A DNA stretch of 64,000 nucleotides, from contig DATGOV010000002.1 of NCBI GenBank assembly GCA_035305585.1, forward strand, positions 2,476 to 66,475, written 5' to 3'. The translations under genes were made by a program, and so were the position numbers. Shown one piece after another: positions 47,976 to 57,938 of this stretch (position 1 is the first letter of the stretch; the number at the start of each line of letters is the position of its first letter). This DNA is from Acidimicrobiia bacterium (GTDB lineage Bacteria; Actinomycetota; Acidimicrobiia; Spongiisociales; ZC4RG35). Under the pieces are notes generated by a model. It was not told the origin of the DNA. It made no database searches and worked only from the letters and a program-made list of their open reading frames with translations.

Positions 47976-49328
47976 ATGGCTCATGAGTTCCGGCTTCCCG
48001 ACATCGGCGAAGGCCTGACCGAGGCGGAGATCGTCCGTTGGGTCGTGCCCGTCGGGGGATACGTGGCGATGGACGAGACCGTGGTGGAAGTCGAGACCGA
48101 CAAGGCAGTCGTTGAGATCCCCTCCCCGTACGCCGGAGTCGTGCTCCACCACGGCGCCGCTGAAGGCGAAGTGATCGAAGTCGGTCAGGTCCTCGTCGTC
48201 ATCGGTGAGGAGGGCGAGACCTGGCGTCCCGGCGACGACGGCTCCGCGGGGCTCGTCGCCGAATCACCCCCGGATCCGGCCGAGGAGGAATCGAGCGCGT
48301 CTCTCGCTCAGGAGGAGCCGGAAGAGGCGGAACACGAATCCGATCCCGAGCCATCCGAGCCGGCGCCGATCGTTGGAACCCTGCCGGAGAACGCCGAGGT
48401 GCTGCCCTCTCGGACCGAAACCGCGACCTCTCCGACCGCCAAGGTCAAGGCGCTGCCGGTCGTGCGGAAACTGGCCCGCGAGCTCGGGGTGGACCTGTCC
48501 TCGATCGACGGAACCGGCCCCGAGGGTCGCATCACCCGCGAAGACGTGCTCGCCGCCGCCGACGGCGCCCAACCGGAAGCGGCTCCGCCTCCCGCGCCAC
48601 CGGTGCCTCAACCCTCTGAGCGCACGGTGCCAGCCGGCGCCCGTCCGCCCTCAGAACGCCGCCCGCTCTCGAAGTTGCGGCGGACGATCGCCGCCAACAT
48701 GACCGAGTCGTGGACGACGATCCCCCACGTCACGACGTTCGACGAGGTCGACGCCACCCGGCTGATCGACCTGCGCAAGGCGCTGGCCCGCCGTCACGAC
48801 CGGAAGATCCCGATGGAGGCTCTCGTCGTCAAGGCGGTCACACCCGTGCTCGCCGCCTTCCCGGAGTTCAACGCCACCCTCGACGGCGACGAATTGGTGG
48901 TCCACAACCGCTACGACGTCGGAATCGCCGTGGACACGCCTGACGGCCTGTTGGTGGCCGTGATCCGCAACGCCGACCGTCGGTCGGTGCTGGGTCTCTC
49001 CGAAGAAGTGACCCGCCTGGGATCGGCGGCAAAGGAACGCAGGCTCGGGGTCGAGGAGCTCTCCGGTCAGACGTTCACCGTATCGAACATCGGCGCGGTT
49101 GGGGGCGGCTTCGGCACCCCCATCGTGCCGCCCGGGACCACGGCCATCCTGTCTGTCGGGAAGGCAGTCGAAAAGCCGGTCGCCCATGGGGGCAGGGTGG
49201 AGATCGCTCCCCTCCTGCCGCTGTCGCTGTCATACGACCATCGGGTCATCGATGGGGCCCTGGGCAGGCGCTTCATGGCGATGCTGATCGAGAACCTCGA
49301 GGAGCCGGGGCTGTTCCTGGCCGACTGA
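47976..49328 (+). CDS. dihydrolipoamide acyltransferase (E2) component
   Basis: Lipoyl domain (VETDKAVVEIPSP), Ala/Pro/Glu linker, E1/E3-binding domain (PVVRKLARELGVDL), and a catalytic domain ending in DHRVIDG. Confidence 0.9.
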   Translation: MAHEFRLPDIGEGLTEAEIVRWVVPVGGYVAMDETVVEVETDKAVVEIPSPYAGVVLHHGAAEGEVIEVGQVLVVIGEEGETWRPGDDGSAGLVAESPPDPAEEESSASLAQEEPEEAEHESDPEPSEPAPIVGTLPENAEVLPSRTETATSPTAKVKALPVVRKLARELGVDLSSIDGTGPEGRITREDVLAAADGAQPEAAPPPAPPVPQPSERTVPAGARPPSERRPLSKLRRTIAANMTESWTTIPHVTTFDEVDATRLIDLRKALARRHDRKIPMEALVVKAVTPVLAAFPEFNATLDGDELVVHNRYDVGIAVDTPDGLLVAVIRNADRRSVLGLSEEVTRLGSAAKERRLGVEELSGQTFTVSNIGAVGGGFGTPIVPPGTTAILSVGKAVEKPVAHGGRVEIAPLLPLSLSYDHRVIDGALGRRFMAMLIENLEEPGLFLAD

Positions 49329-49336
49329 GCGCTTCT

Positions 49337-50770
49337 TCAGTCGGCCCCGTGACGCTCGACGAGGTCGTATATGCGGCGGTCGCGAGGGCTGGGATAGGGG
49401 TCGGAGGCCAGCCGCCCGAGGATCTGGTCCTGGACTCGGACCGACACCTCCAACTGGCCGTCCCACTTCGCCGCCTGCTCGCGGGTGGGTAGCCGGCAGC
49501 AGTTGGGGTCGGGGCACTGCGAGCTCGCCCTTCGACGCGTGTGCCGATCCCGAAACCACTGAGCCGACTCGAAGGGCACGCCCACGGTGACGGAATAGGG
49601 ACGATCTGGCTCCATATGGGTGACGCAGAAGTACGTGCCGGCAGGCGTGTCGGTGTACTGGGCGTGGACGTCGAATCGCCTGTCGGAGTCGAACACCTGC
49701 AGTGCCCCCCAATGGCGACACACCGGCTGGGCCTCGACTCCTCCTTGGGGGTCGGTGGTGAAGGGGAGGTCGTCGTTGGCGTATCCCTTCACGATGCGGC
49801 CGTCGGCTCCGACCACGATCAGGTGGCTGCGCATGCCCAGCTTCTCGGTGGCCAGGTTGACGAATCGCCATGCCGCCATCTCGTAGCTGACGTAGAACAC
49901 CTCCTTGATGTCCTCGATGGCGATGTCGCGTTGTTCCATCGCCTTGCGGAGGCGGCGAGTGACGGCAGCCTCGGGCACCAGGATGGCTCCCGCCAGGTAG
50001 GCGCTCTCGACCCGCTGGCGGAGGAATTCCTCGACGTCGGCGGGCTCCCTGTGGCCCAGCAGCTTTCCGGCCAGAGTCTGGAGGATCGCCTTGCGAGCCT
50101 GCCGTGTGCGGAGCTCGTTGCGCTGGGCGATGTAGATGCGGCCAGACCGATGGTCGATGATCGATCGGACGCCGGGGACCATGTCTTCCACCGCCCGGAC
50201 TTCGAACCCGAGGTGGGATGCGATGTCCAACAGCGTGCGGGAAGAGAGCGGGCCGTCGCCCCTGTGGCCCACCGCGTCCAGGATCCCCGATGCCACCGCC
50301 TCCACGTCGGAGAGATAGCCGTCCTGGGAACGGAGCCAGCGGGCGGTGGCGGCGTTCGCCTTGCGAAGGCGGCTCCGCCCCGTCAACTCCACCCCGCCGT
50401 GGCCGGACAGTGCCCGGTACAGTCCGACCAGATGCTCGAGGACCTCGTCGTTGAGGCTGGGGGAGGGTCGTATGTAGGGGAGATCCAGTGACCGGAAGCG
50501 AGAGTCCGCCTGCATCCGCTCCAACTCGATCTCGAGTTGCGCTCGCGCCGAGGGCGGCTCGGGGGCCAAGAGCTCGGAGACGTCCACCCCCAGGGCGGCG
50601 GCGAGGTCGTTGATGTGGCTCAGCTTGGGCTCTCGGCGCCCGTTCTCGAGCATCGAGAGATAGGGCGCCGGTCGTCCCACCTTCTCGCCCAGCTCCTGCA
50701 ACGTCAGCCCGGCGGCCTTGCGCAGATGGCGGAGACGGCGACCGAAGGTGAGAACATCCAAGGTCGACAT
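49337..50770 (-). CDS. ramB: RamB/PrpR-like (ScfR family) XRE-type transcriptional regulator
   Basis: N-terminal XRE HTH (FGRRLRHLRKAAGLTLQELGEKVG...YLSMLENGRR) plus a long C-terminal DUF2083-like domain. Divergent from aceB-aceA, as RamB is from icl in Mycobacterium/Corynebacterium. Confidence 0.7.
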   Translation of the reverse strand: MSTLDVLTFGRRLRHLRKAAGLTLQELGEKVGRPAPYLSMLENGRREPKLSHINDLAAALGVDVSELLAPEPPSARAQLEIELERMQADSRFRSLDLPYIRPSPSLNDEVLEHLVGLYRALSGHGGVELTGRSRLRKANAATARWLRSQDGYLSDVEAVASGILDAVGHRGDGPLSSRTLLDIASHLGFEVRAVEDMVPGVRSIIDHRSGRIYIAQRNELRTRQARKAILQTLAGKLLGHREPADVEEFLRQRVESAYLAGAILVPEAAVTRRLRKAMEQRDIAIEDIKEVFYVSYEMAAWRFVNLATEKLGMRSHLIVVGADGRIVKGYANDDLPFTTDPQGGVEAQPVCRHWGALQVFDSDRRFDVHAQYTDTPAGTYFCVTHMEPDRPYSVTVGVPFESAQWFRDRHTRRRASSQCPDPNCCRLPTREQAAKWDGQLEVSVRVQDQILGRLASDPYPSPRDRRIYDLVERHGAD

Positions 50771-50866
50771 AGGCAGTATGTTAAGACTAGTCGATCTTTC
50801 GCACAATCAGGTTTGGCGGGACAACGCCAGAGGAACATACTCACTACTTAACCGAGCGAGGCAGAA
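50771..50866. promoter_or_regulatory. AT-rich divergent ramB / aceB-aceA control region with an 8-bp inverted repeat
   Basis: AGTATGTT at 50775-50782 and its reverse complement AACATACT at 50834-50841. A TGGCG-N6-CGCCA palindrome lies between them. GC content is visibly lower than in the flanks. Confidence 0.4.
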
Positions 50867-52441
50867 ATGAGCTACGAACTCCTGGATCCGGGGCCGGTCC
50901 CCGAACTGCTGACCGACGAGGCGCTGCAGTTCGTCGAAGACCTCCACGACGCCTTCGACGAACGGCGACGGTTCCTGCTCTCCCTGCGTCGGGAGCGCCA
51001 GGCGGAATTCGACGTGGGTCTGCTCCCTCGTTTCCAGCCCGACACGAAACACATCCGCCAGGAGCTGTGGCGGGTGGCGGATGCGCCCGCGGATCTCCGA
51101 GACCGCCGAGTGGAGATCACCGGCCCGGTCGACCGCAAGATGATGATCAACGCCCTCAACTCGGGGGCCGCAGTGTTCATGGCCGACTTCGAAGACGCCA
51201 CCTCGCCCACGTGGGCGAATCTGATGGAGGGCCAGCGCAACCTCGTCGACGCCTACCGCCGGACCCTCAGCCTCGACACTCCCGACAAGCAGTACCGGCT
51301 GAACGAAGAGGTGGCCACCCTGATGGTGCGCCCCCGCGGCCTGCACCTCCCCGAGAAGCACCTCCTCGTCGACGGCCGCCCCGCCTCGGCATCTCTCGTG
51401 GACTTCGGCTTGTACATGTTCTGGGCCGGTCGGGAAGCCATCGAAGCCGGGACCGGTCCCTACTTCTATCTGCCGAAGCTCGAGAGCCATCTCGAGGCGC
51501 GTCTGTGGAACGACCTGTTCGTGTACGCCCAGGAACTCCTCGACATCCCCGTGGGGACGATCCGGGCGACGGTCCTGATCGAGACCATCACCGCCGCGTT
51601 CGAGATGGACGAGATCCTGTACGAGCTGGCGCCGCACTCTGCCGGCCTCAACGCCGGCCGCTGGGACTACATCTTCTCGATCATCAAGAAGTTCCGCCGC
51701 CGCCGCGACAAGGTCCTGCCCGACCGAGCCCAGGTGACGATGGAGACCCCGTTCATGATGGCCTACACCGATCTCCTGGTCGCCACGTGCCATCGCCGCG
51801 GCGCCCACGCCATCGGCGGGATGGCGGCTTTCATCCCCAACCGCCGCGATCCCGAGGTGACGGAGACAGCCCTCGCCAAGGTGGCGGCAGACAAGCGCCG
51901 GGAGGCCGGCCAGGGCTTCGACGGCACGTGGGTCGCCCACCCCGACCTCGTCCCGGTCGCCCGTGCCGAGTTCGACGCCGTGCTGGGCGACAGTCCGAAT
52001 CAGATCCACCGCCTCCGGGACGACGTCGAGCCAGATGCCGCCGCCCTGTTGGACACGTACGTTCCCGGGGGCCGCATAACCGTCGATGGGATCCGCACCA
52101 ACGTCTCGGTGGGGATCCGCTACCTCTCCAGTTGGCTGACCGGCACGGGTGCCGCCGCCATCGACGACCTGATGGAGGACGCCGCCACCGCCGAGATCTC
52201 CCGCAGCCAGCTGTGGCAGTGGGTGCAGCACAGCGCCCGCACCGACGATGGCCGACTCGTCGACGCCGATCTCGTGAAGCGGGTCGCCGACGAGGTGATG
52301 GCCGAGATCGCCCAGAGAGTAGGCGACGAGGGCTTGCGCGAAGGCCGCTACGAAGAAGCGAGGCGGCTGTTCGAGGACGTAGCCCTGTCCGAGGAATTCG
52401 TCGAGTTTCTGACCATCCCTGCCTACGAACTGATCGACTGA
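50867..52441 (+). CDS. aceB: malate synthase A
   Basis: 524 aa. [30 protein letters not shown] and later RWDYIFS blocks, typical of malate synthase A. Confidence 0.9.
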   Translation: MSYELLDPGPVPELLTDEALQFVEDLHDAFDERRRFLLSLRRERQAEFDVGLLPRFQPDTKHIRQELWRVADAPADLRDRRVEITGPVDRKMMINALNSGAAVFMADFEDATSPTWANLMEGQRNLVDAYRRTLSLDTPDKQYRLNEEVATLMVRPRGLHLPEKHLLVDGRPASASLVDFGLYMFWAGREAIEAGTGPYFYLPKLESHLEARLWNDLFVYAQELLDIPVGTIRATVLIETITAAFEMDEILYELAPHSAGLNAGRWDYIFSIIKKFRRRRDKVLPDRAQVTMETPFMMAYTDLLVATCHRRGAHAIGGMAAFIPNRRDPEVTETALAKVAADKRREAGQGFDGTWVAHPDLVPVARAEFDAVLGDSPNQIHRLRDDVEPDAAALLDTYVPGGRITVDGIRTNVSVGIRYLSSWLTGTGAAAIDDLMEDAATAEISRSQLWQWVQHSARTDDGRLVDADLVKRVADEVMAEIAQRVGDEGLREGRYEEARRLFEDVALSEEFVEFLTIPAYELID

Positions 52442-52450
52442 GAGGAAACC

Positions 52451-53725
52451 ATGACCATCGAGACACGAGCCGCCGAACTGGCCGCGAGCTGGGAGCGAGA
52501 TCCCCGCTGGGACGGGATCGAGCGCCCTTATCGAGCCGAGGACGTCATCCGCCTGCGAGGCTCGCTCGTGGAGGAGCACACCCTCGCCGAGGCGATGGCA
52601 CAGAAGCTGTGGAAGTTGATGACGGAGACCGACTACGTCAACGCTCTCGGAGCCATGACCGGCGGCCAGGCGGTCCAGATGGTCAAAGCCGGCCTCCAAG
52701 CCATCTACCTGTCGGGGTGGCAAGTGGCTGCGGACGCCAACCTGTCCGAGCAGGTGTACCCCGATCAGTCCCTCTACCCGGCGACATCGGCGCCGGCGCT
52801 AGTCCGGCGAATCAACAACGCCCTCCGCCGCGCCGACCAGATCGCGTGGATGGAGGGTGACACCTCCGTCGACTACTTCGCCCCGATCATCGCCGACGGC
52901 GAAGCCGGCTTCGGCGGCGCGCTGAACGTGTTCGAGCTCACGAAAGCGTTCATCGCCGCCGGGGCAGCCGGTGTCCACTACGAGGACCAGCTGGCGGCCG
53001 AGAAGAAGTGCGGGCACATGGGAGGCAAGGTCCTCGTGCCGACCTCCCAGCACATCCGGACACTCGTCGCCGCCCGGCTGGCGGCAGACGTTCTCGGCGT
53101 GTCGACGATCATCGTCGCCCGCACCGACGCCAACGGGGCCAACCTGCTCACGTCGGACATCGACGAGCGCGACCGGGAGTTCCTCACCGGCGAGCGCACA
53201 TCGGAGGGGTTCTACCGGGTCCGGGCCGGTCTCGACCAGGCGATCGCCCGGGCACTCGCCTACGCCCCCCACGCCGACGTCATCTGGTGCGAGACGGCCA
53301 CCCCGGACCTCGAGGAGGCCGAGCGGTTCGCAGCCGCCGTCCACGAGGCCTACCCCGGGAAGCTGCTGGCATACAACTGCTCCCCGTCTTTCAACTGGAA
53401 GGCGAAGCTGGACGACGCCGCCATCGCCTCGTTCCAGAAGGAGCTGGGTCGGATGGGCTACAAGTTCCAGTTCATCACCCTCGCTGGCTTCCACGCCCTG
53501 AACGCCTCGATGTTCCAACTCGCCGAGGGATACGCGGCGAGCGGCATGACCGCCTACGTGGAGCTCCAGCAGGCAGAGTTCTCGATGGAAGAGCGGGGCT
53601 ACACCGCCACCCGCCACCAGAGGGAGGTCGGGGCCGGCTACTTCGACGCCGTCTCGACGATCGTCAGCGGGGGAGAGGCTTCGACTCTCGCTTTGGCGGG
53701 TAGTACCGAAGAGGCCCAGTTCTGA
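52451..53725 (+). CDS. aceA: isocitrate lyase
   Basis: KKCGHMGGK active-site signature, 424 aa, directly downstream of aceB. Confidence 0.95.
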   Translation: MTIETRAAELAASWERDPRWDGIERPYRAEDVIRLRGSLVEEHTLAEAMAQKLWKLMTETDYVNALGAMTGGQAVQMVKAGLQAIYLSGWQVAADANLSEQVYPDQSLYPATSAPALVRRINNALRRADQIAWMEGDTSVDYFAPIIADGEAGFGGALNVFELTKAFIAAGAAGVHYEDQLAAEKKCGHMGGKVLVPTSQHIRTLVAARLAADVLGVSTIIVARTDANGANLLTSDIDERDREFLTGERTSEGFYRVRAGLDQAIARALAYAPHADVIWCETATPDLEEAERFAAAVHEAYPGKLLAYNCSPSFNWKAKLDDAAIASFQKELGRMGYKFQFITLAGFHALNASMFQLAEGYAASGMTAYVELQQAEFSMEERGYTATRHQREVGAGYFDAVSTIVSGGEASTLALAGSTEEAQF

Positions 53726-53848
53726 CGCACTCTGGAGCAGGGAATGGTCGGTGGTATGTTGCGATGGCCAACTCGGCCGGCACGGTCGTCGGATCCGTCG
53801 TCAGCGTCGTCTGCGCGACCCCGGGATAGTTCCAAAGGAAGCTGAATC

Positions 53849-54907
53849 ATGTCCAACATCGTTCACGTCGTAGGAACCGGCACGATCGGTGAGCCACTGA
53901 TAGGCCTGCTCGCCGACCATCGGGAGCACTTCGGCATCGACGAGGTGACGTTCCACAAGCGGACCCCCCTCATCACCGAGCGCTCGAAGGTCAACGACCT
54001 CGTCGGCCGGGGTGCCGCCCTGGCGGTCGACGCCGACAAGCGCCAAGCCTTCGAGGAACTGGGGCACAGCCCCAAGTACGAGGCGATCGAGGCCCTCGAA
54101 CGCGCCTCGGTCGTGATCGACTGCACGCCGGTCGGCAACAAGAACAAAGAGGAGCTCTATCAGAGGCTGGAGAACCCCGTTGGCTTCATGGCCCAGGGCT
54201 CGGAGTTCGGCTTCGGCAAGATGTATGCCCGGGGGATCAACGACACCGCGCTCGTCCCGGGTGACGACCGGTACCTCCACATCGTGTCGTGCAACACGCA
54301 CAACATCTCCGTGCTGATCAAGACGTTGGCGATGGATCCCGACGGCACCAACCACCTAGTCGACGGGCGGTTCCTGTGCATCCGGCGGGCCAACGACATC
54401 TCCCAGGACGAGGGCTTCGTCGCCTCGCCCACCGTGGACAAGCACAAGGACGACCGCTTCGGGACGCACCACGCCCGGGACGCCAACGCCCTGTTCGCCA
54501 CCCTGGGCTACGACCTGAACCTCTATTCCTCATCGCTCAAGCTCAACACTCAGTACATGCACTCGATCCACTTCTCCTTGACACTGGACGAGGAGATGAC
54601 CCTCGACGAGGTGAAAGAGCGACTGATGTCGAACGCCCGCGTGGCCGTCACCCACAAGCGGTCCGCCAACCAGGTGTTCTCCTTCGGGCGGGACCACGGT
54701 TACTACGGCCGGATCCTCTCCCAGACTGTCGTGGCGTTGGACACGCTGGCCGTTCGCAACGGCAACGAGCTGGTCGGGTTCTGCTTCACACCCCAGGACG
54801 GGAACCCGCTCCTCTCCACCGTTGCCGCCATGCTCTGGTACCTCGACCCGGAATCGGTCGACACGAAGCTCGACATCCTCCGTCGTTACATCCTGCGGGA
54901 GGTCTGA
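53849..54907 (+). CDS. type II (archaeal-like) glyceraldehyde-3-phosphate dehydrogenase family oxidoreductase
   Basis: Rossmann start VVGTGTIGEP. VVIDCTPVGNKNKE parallels archaeal IVIDCTPEG. The active-site-like IVSCNTHNISVLIKTL parallels archaeal VVSCNTTGLCRTL. CIRRANDISQ parallels VIVRRGADPAQ. Alignment was done from memory only. Confidence 0.55.
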   Translation: MSNIVHVVGTGTIGEPLIGLLADHREHFGIDEVTFHKRTPLITERSKVNDLVGRGAALAVDADKRQAFEELGHSPKYEAIEALERASVVIDCTPVGNKNKEELYQRLENPVGFMAQGSEFGFGKMYARGINDTALVPGDDRYLHIVSCNTHNISVLIKTLAMDPDGTNHLVDGRFLCIRRANDISQDEGFVASPTVDKHKDDRFGTHHARDANALFATLGYDLNLYSSSLKLNTQYMHSIHFSLTLDEEMTLDEVKERLMSNARVAVTHKRSANQVFSFGRDHGYYGRILSQTVVALDTLAVRNGNELVGFCFTPQDGNPLLSTVAAMLWYLDPESVDTKLDILRRYILREV

Positions 54908-54914
54908 GGGCGGA

Positions 54915-55163
54915 ATGGCGGAGGCCCGGAGCGAGGTCGAGGCAGCGATCGCGGCACTGGCGAGCGGAGACGTGGACGGCGCCCGGGTAGCGATCACCCA
55001 CGCCGTGGCGCTCGACCCCAGGCTCAACGCGGTGGCGGACGCCGTCGCCCATGCCTGCGACGAGCTCGAGCAGGAAGGCGAACTGTCGCCTGAAGCCTGG
55101 AACATCCTCGCCGACGCCTGCCCGCCGGACCTGCGGCGGGTGGTGGAGGCGTGGCGTCGCTGA
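54915..55163 (+). CDS. hypothetical small acidic/Ala-rich protein
   Basis: 82 aa, with the ATG 8 nt after the upstream stop. No family recognised. Confidence 0.3.
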   Translation: MAEARSEVEAAIAALASGDVDGARVAITHAVALDPRLNAVADAVAHACDELEQEGELSPEAWNILADACPPDLRRVVEAWRR

Positions 55164-55181
55164 GCGCGAGAATGGGGCCGA

Positions 55182-56069
55182 GTGTCCGACTACCACCTCC
55201 ATCTCCATCCCCACGTAGATCCCGACGGTGAGACTTTCGGTGTGGCCCAGGGCGAGTACCCGCCGGGCCACATCGAGGCCTACGTCGAAGCTGCCGCCGC
55301 CCGCGGAGTGACCGAGCTCGGGTTCACCGAGCACCTGTACCGCTGCGTGGAGGCGGCACCGGTGCTCGGCGCCTTCTGGGAGGCAGAGAGCACACCTGAG
55401 GACGTGGCCGAGCTGTCCCGGGCGATGGTCGAGGCCGATCTGACGCTGTCGCTCGACGAGTACGTGGAGGCGGTCGTCTCAGCCAAGGACGCCGGCCTGC
55501 CGGTGAAACTGGGACTCGAGGTCGACTTCTTCCCGGAGACCATCGACGCCGTCCTGGACCTCCTGGAGCCGTACCCGTGGGACTACCTGATCGGGTCGGT
55601 GCACTGGATCGGCGGGTGGGCGATCGACGCCTCGCACTCCTTGTACGAGTTCGAACGGCGCGGGGTCGTGGCTGCGTGGCGCCAGTACTTCGAGCTCGAA
55701 GCCCAACTGGCGGCCTCCGGCGCCGTGGACGTGCTGGCACACGTCGACGTGATCAAGAAGTACGGGCTCCGTCCCGACGCCGACCCTCGTGACTGGTACG
55801 ACTCGGTGGTCGCCGCCGCCGCCGCCAGCGGAACCGCAGTCGAGGTCTCGAGTCAAGGCCTGCGGAAGCCGGCCCGCGAGGTGTACCCCGCCCCGGCCTT
55901 CCTGAAGCGATTCCATGCGGCAGGGGTGCCGATCACCCTGGCGAGCGATGCCCATACCCCCGACGAAGCGGCGTGGGGCCACGAAGAGGTCGTGGCGGCG
56001 GCCAAGGCGGCGGGGTACACGACGCGACTCCGGTTCGAGAGGCGGCAGCGCGTCGAGGTGCCGCTCTGA
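55182..56069 (+). CDS. histidinol-phosphatase, PHP (HisJ/HisK) family
   Basis: N-terminal DYHLHLHPH metal-binding start, TEH, HWIGGW... and LAHVD blocks, and a C-terminal SDAH. GTG start. Confidence 0.7.
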   Translation: MSDYHLHLHPHVDPDGETFGVAQGEYPPGHIEAYVEAAAARGVTELGFTEHLYRCVEAAPVLGAFWEAESTPEDVAELSRAMVEADLTLSLDEYVEAVVSAKDAGLPVKLGLEVDFFPETIDAVLDLLEPYPWDYLIGSVHWIGGWAIDASHSLYEFERRGVVAAWRQYFELEAQLAASGAVDVLAHVDVIKKYGLRPDADPRDWYDSVVAAAAASGTAVEVSSQGLRKPAREVYPAPAFLKRFHAAGVPITLASDAHTPDEAAWGHEEVVAAAKAAGYTTRLRFERRQRVEVPL

Positions 56070-56112
56070 GTTCGCGGGAGCAACCACATCGGCGGCTTCT
56101 ACCATTCCAAGC

Positions 56113-56625
56113 GTGAGCATCCACTCGGAGCATCCGTTCTCCGTACCGATCGAGTTGCGCGACCCGGTGCGCCGCTTGCGCGGGAGGCTGGCCTCACCGG
56201 TGACGATCCTCACCTCCGGACAGCAGCCTCCCGTCGGGATCACCGTGTCGTCGTTCGTCGTCGTAGAAGGCGAAGAGCCGCGGGCCGCGGCTCTGGTGGG
56301 CCCCGGGTCTGACTTCGTGGAGGCGGCCGAGGAGACCGGCGGGTTCGTCGCCCACGTCCTCGACGGGGACGAAGCCAACCTGGCCGACGTGTTCGCCGGG
56401 TTGCGTCCCTCGCCGGGAGGGATGTTCGCCACGGTGGAGACCGAGCAGACTCGATGGGGTCCTCGCATCACGCGTCTCGCCAACTGGGCCGGGTGCCGAA
56501 CTGAGGAGCTGCGCCCTCTGGGCGACCAGCTGCTCCTGGTAGGGATCATCGAGTCGCTGGAGGTCAGCGAGTTGAGCGATCCCCTCGTCTACTTCCGCGG
56601 TCGCTACCGCCGTCTGAAGCCGTGA
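56113..56625 (+). CDS. flavin reductase-like domain protein
   Basis: LASPVTILTSG....GITVSSF..V.......FVAHVL.....LADVFAG pattern. GTG start at 56113, chosen within ORF 55915..56625. Confidence 0.5.
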   Translation: MSIHSEHPFSVPIELRDPVRRLRGRLASPVTILTSGQQPPVGITVSSFVVVEGEEPRAAALVGPGSDFVEAAEETGGFVAHVLDGDEANLADVFAGLRPSPGGMFATVETEQTRWGPRITRLANWAGCRTEELRPLGDQLLLVGIIESLEVSELSDPLVYFRGRYRRLKP

Positions 56626-57938
56626 GCCCGACCTACCACCTGACCACCCTGGGCTGTGCCAAGAACCAGGTCGACTCCGAGAAGCTCGAGGCGATGCTGG
56701 CCGAGGCGGGCTATGCGCCGGCGCTCTCCGTCGAGGACGCGGATGTCGTGATGGTCAACACGTGCGCCTTCATCGAAGAAGCCCGCCGAGAGTCGGTGGA
56801 GACGATCCTCGCCGCCAAGGACGCCAGCAAGCCGGGAGCGCGCACGGTCGTTCTCGGTTGCATGGCACAGCGGTTCGGGGTGGAGGTGGAAACGGCGCTG
56901 CCCGAAGTCGACGCCGTCGTCGGCTTGAGCGGATACGGCGGCCTCGTGCCGACGCTGGACCGACTGACCGGATGGCAGCCGGTCCAGATCCGGCGCCGGC
57001 CCGCGATGGACATCCTCCACCAGATCGCCCGGCCCGCGCCGACGACGCCCTACGCATACGTGAAGGTCGCCGAAGGCTGCGACAAGCCGTGCACCTTCTG
57101 TGCCATCCCCCTGATTCGCGGCAAGCAGAGATCGCGAAGGCCGATCGAGATCCGCGCCGAGGTCGAATCGCTGGCTGAGGTGGGAGTGAGCGAGGTGGTG
57201 CTCGTCGCCCAGGACCTGGCGGCCTACGGACGCGACCTCGAAGACGGCCCGAGGCGCCCTGACATCGTCGACCTGCTCACCTCGGTGTCCGAAGTCGAGG
57301 GGATTCGCACCATCCGCCTCCTGTACCTCTATCCCCGGGAAATCAAGCGGCGGCTCATCGAGGAGATGGCAGCCAATCCCAAAGTCGCTTCCTACTTCGA
57401 CCTGTCTCTCCAGCACGCCACCCGCCGCCTCCTGCGGGACATGAAGCGGCCTGGGGGACCAGACACCTACCGCGCTCTGATCGAAGCCATCCGCACGGCC
57501 GACCCGGACGCCGCCCTCCGCTCCAGCTTCATCGTTGGGTTCCCCGGAGAGACCGACGACGACGTGGAGGAGCTCGCCGACTTCCTCCGCGACGTGGAGT
57601 TGGACTGGGCGGGCTTCTTCCCCTACTCGCCCGAAGAAGGGACACCTGCCCGGGACCTGCCCGGACGGGTCGATCCCGAGGACGTTGCCGAGAGGCAGCG
57701 TTACCTCCAGTCCTTGCAGGACGAGATCACCCATCTCGCCAACCAGGCACAGGTCGGCCGCAGTGTCGATGTTCTGGTCGACGAAGTAGAGGAGGGAACG
57801 CCGATCGCCCGATCGTATCGGCAGGCCCCGGAGATCGACGGCGTGATCCTCCTGGACGGAGGGGAGCCGGGTGACTGGCTCACCGTCGAGATCACGGGAG
57901 CGCTGGGAACCGATCTAGAGGGCCGAGTGGTGACATGA
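56622..57938 (+). CDS. rimO: ribosomal protein S12 methylthiotransferase RimO
   Basis: LGCAKNQVDSE N-terminal MTTase domain, radical-SAM CDKPCTFC, and a C-terminal TRAM domain. The GTG start overlaps the upstream TGA. Confidence 0.9.
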   Translation: MSPTYHLTTLGCAKNQVDSEKLEAMLAEAGYAPALSVEDADVVMVNTCAFIEEARRESVETILAAKDASKPGARTVVLGCMAQRFGVEVETALPEVDAVVGLSGYGGLVPTLDRLTGWQPVQIRRRPAMDILHQIARPAPTTPYAYVKVAEGCDKPCTFCAIPLIRGKQRSRRPIEIRAEVESLAEVGVSEVVLVAQDLAAYGRDLEDGPRRPDIVDLLTSVSEVEGIRTIRLLYLYPREIKRRLIEEMAANPKVASYFDLSLQHATRRLLRDMKRPGGPDTYRALIEAIRTADPDAALRSSFIVGFPGETDDDVEELADFLRDVELDWAGFFPYSPEEGTPARDLPGRVDPEDVAERQRYLQSLQDEITHLANQAQVGRSVDVLVDEVEEGTPIARSYRQAPEIDGVILLDGGEPGDWLTVEITGALGTDLEGRVVT

